Assembly: GCA_009103225.1 (NCBI GenBank)
Contig: RHPI01000797.1
Span: 1,126,457-1,190,456, forward strand
Direction: 5' to 3'
Source: Chlorokybus atmophyticus
Lineage: Eukaryota; Plantae; Mesostigma and Chlorokybus algae
Length of the DNA stretch: 64,000 bases
Position numbers and translations under genes: made by a program. The number at the start of each line of letters is the position of its first letter. Position 1 is the first letter of the stretch. Under the pieces are notes generated by a model that made no database searches, was not told where the DNA came from, and saw nothing but the letters and a program-made list of their open reading frames with translations. Shown in pieces: positions 55,394-64,000 of the stretch.

Positions 55394-58300
55394 ATGGCTT
55401 CCCCGGCATGGCCACAACTCTGCTTGTGTGCAGTGCTGCTGGCTACAGACGCACTCACAGGTAACCGTATGCACGCAACGCAACGCACACATACTCGCTT
55501 TGAACTTATGCAGCACGCAATGCGCAGGCGCGTTCGCGGCTGCGTGCGCCAGTGCTACCTCCGTGAGCGTTCCGAGCTGGCCTTCAGTACCGGTGGATGC
55601 CGGAGTTGGCGTAGCAGTGACAAGATGCTGCGTCAACGACATTGGCAACAGCTTCGTGGCTGCTTTCACCATGCAAATAGCGGGTCAGTACTGGACTGAT
55701 GGCGTCCCGAACCCGGCCTGGACGACGCACGGCAACTACTTTATCAACAGCCTGGAAGCCGTCTGCAGTGACCACACCGCTCCCGAGCCCCTCACACCAA
55801 ATGCAGGCAGTTCTTCGTGCCCCACAACACCTGCGCCGAGCAACCTGCTGCCCTTCTTCTGGCCCGCATTCCATGTTCAGTCGCCAGCCTACGGCTGGAG
55901 CTCTTTCACCATGAGGTTCGTGCATAGCACTTCTTAGCATCTTGGTGCGCACGCATGCAAGCATGTTTATGTACAAACAGGCACACACACGCGAATATAC
56001 GATTATATGGATACGCGAAATCCACCCCCCAACACAACTGTACACCCACAGCCACCCACATGTACATACACACATGTATATGAATGTATGTGCATGTACT
56101 CATGTGTGTATACATGTGTGCGCAGATGGACACACGTGGGTTATCTTGTGTATGTGCGTGCTTGCATGCATGCGCGTGTGCGTGTATATGTATATACGCG
56201 CGTATGTGTGTGCTTTCACGCACGCGCGCGTGTGTGTTTGTTTAATGTTATGTACATATACACATATAAATGTATGCCCACGTGCCTGACGTTGTGTGCT
56301 TGCCATTGCTGCAGCACGAATGGTACCTGGGCTGTGGACTTGCTCGGTCAGTCTGCAAATTGGGAAAATCCCCGCCTGACGAGTGCGCAAGTCACATACT
56401 CATGCCCAGCGGGTCAACGCGTGGTTGGGTTTAAAGCAGTTCCTGGTTGTCGAAGTTTGGAAAACCTGCAGGTCTGAGAATTTTCGTTGTATACCACTGA
56501 TATGTGCAGATTGGTATGCAATAGTAGTAGTGGCTAGCACAAATGCATGCTGCAGCAACTGTCATGACCGTGTTGGTTATGATCTTTTAGTCATGGTGTG
56601 CAAGCACTCTTGAGCTGTACCCGAGCTTGTTTACATAAGTCTTGCAGCTCTGCGGGCTGTAACGTAGACGTCTGACTTGTTATGGTGATGGCGCTGCAGA
56701 TGATTTGCGATTATGTTACTCCTCCACCAAGCCAGTCTCTACCTACTCAGTCAGGCAAGTTCTTACAACAGCATGTGCTGTCTTCGTTTTCAAGTGCTGT
56801 TGCCTCCCTAGCCGCAAGCATGCTGTGATCAGTCTTGTAGTAAAGCATGCGTTCACACATGTGTGTGTTAGATGGTTCGTGACACCCGCGTGCTCCCTTG
56901 CAGACCCTCCAGCAGGGGCCGTTGGCGAGAACTGCGGCGTTTCTGTGCCTCTTTACTCAGCCATCGACTATACGGCAATGAAGGATGCAGCTCTTTTTCC
57001 GCCAAAAGCTTCATGCTGCCCCCCCGGCGTTTTCGTGGAGTTCCTATCGTGGACAGTCACACGGGTGCAATGCAATGACCCAAATGGCTGCAATGGCATC
57101 GCTGTTGATGGCTATGCAGGCACGGCAGCCAGTCCTGTCCCGCAGTACACGGTCGGGCTGATATCCGGCCAGTGCTTGGATGGCACCGTGCTCAGAACCG
57201 TGTCCCGCTACAATGTGCTGAATGGCGACGGCCCTGTGCCAACCACCTGCCCCGTGCAGTACGACGCCATTGATTCGGACGTGCGCTCGTACGCCTCCTC
57301 TCCTGTGCAGTACTTTGTCGCCTCAGCTACGTGCGTACTTTTACTTGCACCAGCATCACTCTGCCACTCAGTTTATGACTTGATACAAGTACTTACTCAA
57401 TGGCACTCGCTGTTTTTTGCAGCTCGTCACATGTTGTAACGAGCATGTTCTCTGCTAACGATACCGACTATCCCTGCCCTGACGGCTTTGCACTCTCTGG
57501 CTTCCAGGCTGCATCCGCATGCACTGGTATCACTCTTCTTGAGGTGTTTTGCTCCCCACTTGCGCCACCGCCTCTTCCTCCGCCTTCGCCCCCGCCTGCT
57601 GTCTACAATGGTAAGCTAAAACAATGCTTCTAACGGTTCAGATGAAGGATTACTTGCAGACCTCTCGAACCCATTGTTGTATACTGCAAGTTAAACACTT
57701 TCGTTCCTTTAGCAAAGTATTTGGTCCGCTGCTGTTGCATGCAGGGGTTTGCAGTCCGCTGCTGCAGGCTGTTCCAGACCGGAGTTATACTGAAGTTTCA
57801 CGCTCATGCTGTCCGGAGGGTTCCTTCATCTCGCAGCTTGAATTTGCCGTGAATCCAGGGTCAGACTCTTACCAACCTCCAGCCTATGAGGGCGTCGCTG
57901 CCTTCCTCTCAGGAATTCAAGGCACGTGCAGTGATGGCACACTGCTGCAGTCCATAGGTCAGATGCAAGCCAATGGCTGCGTTAATCGGTACGACTACAA
58001 CTACACCGACTACGAATACGACATCATCTCCGGCACATTAGAGTACTACAGCCTGGAGTCAACCACAGGCTGGAACAGCTTTGAGGTCAAGTAAGTCCCT
58101 TTCGCCTTTGCCTCGCTTCATGAGCGTTCATATTGCCGGTACTATAGAAGCAGGTGGCTAGCCTGACATGAGACGCTCTCATATAGCAATGTGTGGTGTA
58201 CAGCGATTTGGAGACCACTATCGGAGCATTTGGCTTTGGTGACACGAGATACCATTCCGACGAAACGAACTTTTCATGCTCTCAGTATGGCGCAATCTTT

Positions 58301-59149
58301 GTTGGTTATGGCGGTTATACTTTTGGCTGTGGAGTGTCTGCAGTCCAGGTGCTGCAAGCACATATGTAACGATTGTAAACTGTGTGGGGTTATCAATAGT
58401 AAGGCTGTTGACAGCAGCACTAACACAAAGATACGTGTGTGGCTGTGCAGATGCTTTGCGGGAATCCCAATCCGCCCTCTCCTCCACCTACCATGCATCC
58501 TCCCCCGCCTGCGCCGCCCCAACCTCCATTACCGCGCCCAAGCCCACCACCTTCTCCACGTCCCTCGCACCCTCCCCCCAAGGCTCCGACAGCTTCGTCA
58601 CCACCGACGCCACCACCCCACCCTCCACCAAGACAAACAGCTCCTGCCCCGCGCAGTGCCCCATCTCCTCCACCCCTGCACCCTTCTCCTGCTTCGCATC
58701 CTCCTCCCCCAAAGCCGTCGTTGCCACCGCCAATGCAGACACCACACCCACCACGCAGTCCACCGTCACAGCTATCGCCACCCCCGCGCAGAGTCCTCTC
58801 TCCTCCGCCCCTGCACCCTCCTTCCCAATTGCCACCGCCAGTGCAGACACCACACCCGCCACGCAGTCCACCGATACAGCTATCACCTCCCCCGCGCGGA
58901 GCTCTCTCTCCTCCGCCCCTGCACCCTCCTCCCCATTTGCCACCGCCAGTGCAGACACCCCACCCGCCACGCAGTCCACCGACACAGCTATCGCCGCCCC
59001 CGCGCAGAGTTCTCACTCCTCCGCCCCTGCACCCTCCTCCCCAAAAGACGCTGTCACCACCGGCGGTGCAGACGCCACCCCACCCTCCACCGCGCCGTCC
59101 ACCTCCCCCGCGGAGAAGTTTGTCTCCTCCGCCCCTGCCGCGTCGTTGA
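55394..59149 (+). CDS. Secreted cell-wall HRGP: signal peptide, three Cys-rich beta-prism (VOMI/jacalin)-like modules, extensin-like Ser-Pro tail, 9 exons
   Basis: Exons 55394-55460, 55528-55915, 56315-56471, 56700-56754, 56904-57330, 57423-57610, 57745-58090, 58204-58348, 58451-59149 join in frame. N-terminus MASPAWPQLCLCAVLLATDALT. Three modules share CC...C(S/L)D(G/H)T...C(P/S)..G...G(F/Y)....C.....Q/E..C. The tail has ~36-aa repeats PPPVQTPHPPRSPPxQLSPPPRxxLSPPPLHPP. Confidence 0.85.
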
Positions 59150-60160
59150 TAGTAGCTTTAACATCAAGTAGCTTGATGCCTGTGGTTGTATACACAATAC
59201 CTAGGTTGTGTATTGGCTGTATTTACAACCAGGTAAACTGGCCGTTGGAGCAAAGCTAGTTGTTATACTGTTGTATGTGATTTCATGGTGAATTTCTTCT
59301 TGGGATGAGATAATTAATTGTTGATTGTTGACATTCTGCGTTTGCATCTCACCCACAATTGTTATAGCTTGAATTGTGTACCATGACACATACATTACAC
59401 GACTGAGCATGCTTTCACAGCTTCCTTCTACCTCGACCATCTGCTTCACTTCAAGCAGCAAACAAATCTTGGTACACTACACACGCTTATAAGTTTATCT
59501 CCAGCAACCGCCTTGGCAGTATACTCCAATATGGAAATAGTAATTATTTGTATATCCACTTGTTAAAGTCTGGTAGCGTGCATATTGCAAACATTTTGTG
59601 CATTGCAATACTGTCCAACACCCTTTTGCAACAGTATAAGAATCATTTACACTCGCATCGCTATTATCTTGGTCATGCACTACACAATCAAACTACACTA
59701 ACCTCGCGTTATATGGTAATGATCTTGTGTAATACAGTATTAGCATTGAACATTGTCAAGTTCTTCCCCTATTGGCTACAACTACGCTGCCCACTATGTC
59801 CACGCCCACGCCCACGCCCACGCTCACGCACCCGCCCCCGCCCACGTCCCTCGCTGCAAACATTGATGTCTTTCAATTTGTTTATGTTTTGCATTGCATA
59901 TCGACGGTATACATAAACCGTAGATCTGAATGTGACCTTAAACTGAACGGAACAATCGGTTGGCAAGCTGTGTGTTCATGCCTTGTCTTTAGAGGCCTTT
60001 TTACCGTCGGGCTCGGCTATACTAAATCAAGCTGCAATTGGCTAGGCTGGCAGCACCTTTATTGCATGCAGAGCGAGGGCTTCTGTAAAGTTGTACTAGA
60101 CTAAACGAGGGTACATTGGACTGGGCTGATCTGCAATATTTGGAAAAAGATTTGCTGGTC

Positions 60161-60269
60161 TGCACTGCACTGCACTGCACTGCACTGCACTGCACTGCAC
60201 TGCACTGCACTGCACTGGACTGAACTGGACTGGGCTGGACTGGGCTGGGCTGGGCTGCACTGGGCTGCA
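60161..60269. repeat. Pentanucleotide microsatellite (TGCAC)n grading into (TGGGC/TGGAC)n
   Basis: Directly visible. Confidence 0.95.
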
Positions 60270-60361
60270 TCGCATACAGCTAATTCTGCAGTCAAAGGTA
60301 GGAAAGTAGGAAGGTAGGAAGGTTATCTAACTATCGACGGGGAGCAGAGCCCGCGGTAATC

Positions 60362-60710
60362 TATTGATCACCATGGGATCAAATGTACGTGTGTGGTGTT
60401 AGGGCCCAAAAAGAGTGGTAAATCCACGTTGCTCACCCAGTTTAAGAAGTTGGTGGTTGAGCAGGCCAAAGCCTAAAAGGTGTCACGAAATGTCTACTAC
60501 CTCACCATGAGCTAGGGAGATCGTCTCTCTGGAGCAAATCTATATGCGAAGTCTAGAAAAATAGCCACGGTGTGGCTAATGCTGCAAACTGCGCATATCT
60601 GTTTGGGAAGGAGACAATCTTGTTCTTGAATGCTCGCGTTGCTGATAAGCATGGCAACCTTGACAACATAAACATGGCGTTTTATAGTGCCTGACGTCAT
60701 CGAGCTTGAG
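60362..60710 (+). pseudogene. Decayed P-loop NTPase fragment
   Basis: CVVLGPKKSGKSTLLTQF (Walker A GxxxxGKS at 60402-60425, preceded by a hydrophobic strand), followed by stops. A downstream frame reads ETILFLNA, which resembles an eroded Walker B. Confidence 0.5.
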
Positions 60711-61317
60711 TATCACCTTGGCTGCAAATGTCGAACGCAGCAACACCATCCAAGTGAAGAGTTGAATTAAATGTTATGCTGAGTCAACTTGGCGCGAAGC
60801 TAAAGCGCTCGAGCGAGCCTTATTTGGTGTTGATCTTGGACACGGCAAACTTGTTCATGAATCAGATCGGTGAAAGTCAGTCTACGTCGTTGCATGCGCT
60901 TGAAGTTTCTTGAGGAAGTAACACGGGCAAGCACTAATGAGCTTTTACGCGCACACATAGTTTTAGTATTGTCGGATTCTTTTTCGCGTGAATGGCTCCA
61001 ACAATGTGTACATGCAAAATATATGCCGTGTTGCAAGAGTGGCGATGATGTCTTTGATACAATAGTATATGCAAAGCTGGCTTTCAACTATGGGTTGATC
61101 CTAGCCTGTAATCTATTGAAACAAAAAGATCACGACTAGTTCTCAAACCACATCCCTGCATAATACCAGCGGGTCGGGATATCTGCTGTAATTATAAAGG
61201 TATATATCATGGTTGCAACCATGTAATGTAACGATTGCTTCATCAACTTTCTCTTGATGTTTTAACTATAGGACGATTGGGGAGGTGCTTAACTGCAATG
61301 CATGTGTGTCAACTTGA

Positions 61318-62073
61318 GCGAGCTCGACCAGCAAAGGTATGGCTCCAGCCTTACGGATAAAACGCCTGCTCTTTGTATCGCTGGCTGCAACAGTGCCCAG
61401 TGCACGTGCAGCCTAGGCGTTGCCATCGTCAGTGTCAGATTGTAATAGCGCAACCAGCGAGGGTAATACTCTGGCCTCTCGGATCAAGCACCTGCTCTCT
61501 GCATCACTACATACGATATTGCTCAGTGCGCGTGCATCTCGGGCCTTGCCGTTGTCCGTGCCGGATTGCAACAACGCACCAAGCAGCGGTATGGCTCGAG
61601 ACTCTCGGATCGAAATGCTTGTTCTCAATATCACTGTATGCGGTATTGCCGCAGTGCATGTGCAGCTTGGGCCTTGCCATTGTCCGTACCGAATGGCAAC
61701 AGCGCAACCAGTAGGGTTTGGCTCTAGCCTCACGAATCAAGTTCTTTATCCTCATACGCGAGATGGGCCAGTGCAAATGCAGCTTGGGTCTTGCCGTCGC
61801 CCATACCGAAGTGCAACAGCGCAACCAGTGCAGGCCAACCTCCAATCTTTTGCATCAACCTCCTGACCTCCACACCCTCCTTACCTGCTCCACTGGCCTC
61901 AAAAAGGCATGGTAGTTCTCGTGCCGCACCCGCTTTGCTGCTGAGGGTGCCGCAGTGGAGTGTCTCAACCAATTGGTTGCTGATATTGCCAGGTGGAGCG
62001 TCGACGAGTTGCTCTCCTGAACTGCTCTCAAGGCGTTGCAATATGAAAGGTGCAATCTTACTGGGGCGCTGTG
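61318..62073 (-). pseudogene. 5'-truncated, frameshifted paralog of the armadillo-repeat gene at 44-47 kb
   Basis: QRLESSSGEQ...NQLVETLHCGTLSSKAGAAR matches QRLESSAGEQ...NQLVDTLHCGTPSSKEGAAR. About 4 ARM units follow (e.g. AIPLLGALLQSGTDNGKARDARALSNIV) with frameshifts and stops. DNA homology stops near 62073. Confidence 0.9.
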
Positions 62074-62872
62074 CATTAGGGGGGTTGCACTATCAGGCGA
62101 AACAATTCGTGGACAACACTGTTGTATTAAAATGCGTGAATCAAATTTCAAACAATATTCAAAAAAAGGATGAGTATGCTGGGAAAGCTTGCCTTAATGA
62201 GGATGGTCGCGATTTTAAAATCCTTGAAATTTACATATTTTGCCCAACTGTTTTTTTTTTTGTAGTAAATGTTTTCCAATCGATCTGACATGTTGGTTGC
62301 AAACATGGCCATATAGGCTCATTTACAAGTGTACCGGCATAGCACTTCTTATGTCATAAGATATTTATCTTGTTTTAGATCAATTTGATCAGGTACAACG
62401 TATCGCTTTGGCATGCGCACTGTATGATACAATTTCGGCTTTTTCAACACATTTGGTACATGCTTTAAATCTTTGGTACGTATGATGATTATTGCACAGT
62501 TATGATTATACATTAAATCGATATGTGCCACAACGTTTCACATAACTTAAGCGGCTATCGTTTCATGTACATGGCCTGTTGCTGAGCTTATTGTCACAAC
62601 TTATGCATACATGTTACATATAATCTCGCTTCAACACATCACTTGGTTATATAGCACGATGTGTGTCGTACACCAATGTAGTATTCATGCTCACCGCAAG
62701 TCGCCAGCTCGTTTATCGACGCTCCAGATCGCTTCTCGCGATGCGCAAGTCGTCGATCGGACGGCGCGTCGTGACTTGTGATATTAACGCGCGATATTGA
62801 TAGCGTGACAGTGACGCATGATGACAGTGACTGTCGTGATAGTGACGCGTTGTGATAGTGCGTCCCGAATGA

Positions 62873-63475
62873 ATAGATGTCCGCGTGATGAAAAGTCGCT
62901 GCAAAATTAAGGCACCCTCCCACCCCTCGCCCATATATCTCGCGGGCGATAATGTGCCACGCCATTGATTCGACGGTAGCCGTCGATGGTCATTAAGTTG
63001 TTAGGCGTCTTTAGTCAATAGATATCCGCGTGACATAAGTCGCTTAAAAACAAAGGCACTTTCCCACACCTCGCCCATACATCTCGTTGTCCATATTATG
63101 CCACGCCTTACTAAAGACTCGACGATAGCCGTCGATGGTAGTTAAGATGTTAGACGTCCTACACAATAGGTTTGCGCATGATTAAAAGACGCTGTAAAAA
63201 TAAGACACCTTCCCACGCCTCGCCCATAAATCTCGCAGTGGATATTGTGCCATGCCTTGCCGCATATATGATGGCCGTCGGTAGCAGTTAAGATGTTAGG
63301 CGTTTTTGATCAATAAGTTCGCGCGTGATTAAAAGTTGCTGCAACATTAAGGCACCTTCCATGCCTCGCCCATACATATCATGGTGAATATTGTGCCACA
63401 CCTTGTCATATATTCTTTGATAGCCGTCGAGGGTGGTAAGGATGTGAGGCCTGTATAATCAATAGATTTGCGCGG
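62873..63475. repeat. Tandem array of about 4 diverged ~146-bp monomers
   Basis: cctcgcccata recurs at 62925, 63069, 63218 and 63364 (spacings 144, 149, 146). Other shared blocks include Rgccgtcg, taaggcac and tgtgcca. Confidence 0.92.
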
Positions 63476-63824
63476 ATGTTGGAGAGAGTGCAGTGGCGCG
63501 GGCGGCGGCGGCGGCGGCGGCCTGGGGCCGTGGAGATGAACGGGGGGCGATAGGCGAGGGTTGAGGGCTCTCCTCCAGAATGGCGGCGACAGCAGGCTTG
63601 GCCTGACCAGCCTCCGGTTGCAGGCAATGGTGGTTGCCGGATTTCGGGCTGCGGACGCCGTTAGATGCGGTCACTACGGCCAGATATGACGGTCTGCGTC
63701 TGTAGCAGTAGACTACTAGCCGTTGTGCAGGGCGGTGGCGGCCAGCAACGGTGGCGGCGACACTCTAGCTCTTGTGGAGCCGGCGACAGGATGTGGGAGG
63801 GGTTGGTTTTCTATAGATGAGCAC

Positions 63825-63992
63825 CATACACTAGCTGAGCGCCTATCTTGGGCATGCGCGGTGAGGCTGCGTGTGTGTGGTTGTAAGTCTTGGCAGTTGC
63901 TTTCTCCTCCGCCTTGAGAATTGAGCTATTGGGGAGCATCATGCATTAGCTGAGCGCGCCTGTCTTGGGCAAGCGCTGTGAGGCTGCGTGTG
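63825..63992. repeat. Two copies of a ~55-bp block at 115-bp spacing
   Basis: tagctgagcgc..cctRtcttgggca.gcgc.gtgaggctgcgtgtg at 63832 and 63947. Confidence 0.85.
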
Positions 63993-64000
63993 ATTTCAAT

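Noticed and set aside
62873-63475. CRISPR array, or PPR/ankyrin coding repeats (one unit reads TAIIYAARHG)
   Set aside because: Eukaryotic context, no repeat-spacer alternation, periods of 144/149/146 do not preserve a frame, and the ankyrin-like peptide appears in only one unit.

Overview
Intron-rich nuclear DNA from a green-lineage eukaryote, most likely a green alga and possibly an early-diverging streptophyte (inference from PAC, GWD, DEAH4, At5g48340-like and Trx-o homologs). It uses the standard genetic code and contains two N gaps. Positions 1-43 kb are a housekeeping block, often in head-to-head pairs: glycyl-tRNA synthetase (-), PALE CRESS-like (+), alpha-glucan water dikinase (+), an unresolved gene (-), DEAH4-type RNA helicase (+), two tandem PMP3/RCI2 genes (+), a SAP-motif gene (-), an At5g48340-like gene (+), a WD40 gene (-) and an atypical thioredoxin-o (+). 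Positions 43-64 kb are accessory and repeat-rich: a disrupted gene fusing a hydrophobic-hairpin/coiled-coil N-terminus to 10 armadillo repeats with hypervariable groove positions, a decayed paralog of it, a decayed P-loop NTPase, a secreted HRGP with three Cys-rich beta-prism-like modules, very long SSR/homopolymer tracts, a 24-bp perfect inverted repeat and a ~146-bp tandem array. Four introns are best explained as GC-AG. All gene models were spliced by hand and all family assignments come from recalled motif similarity, not database searches.
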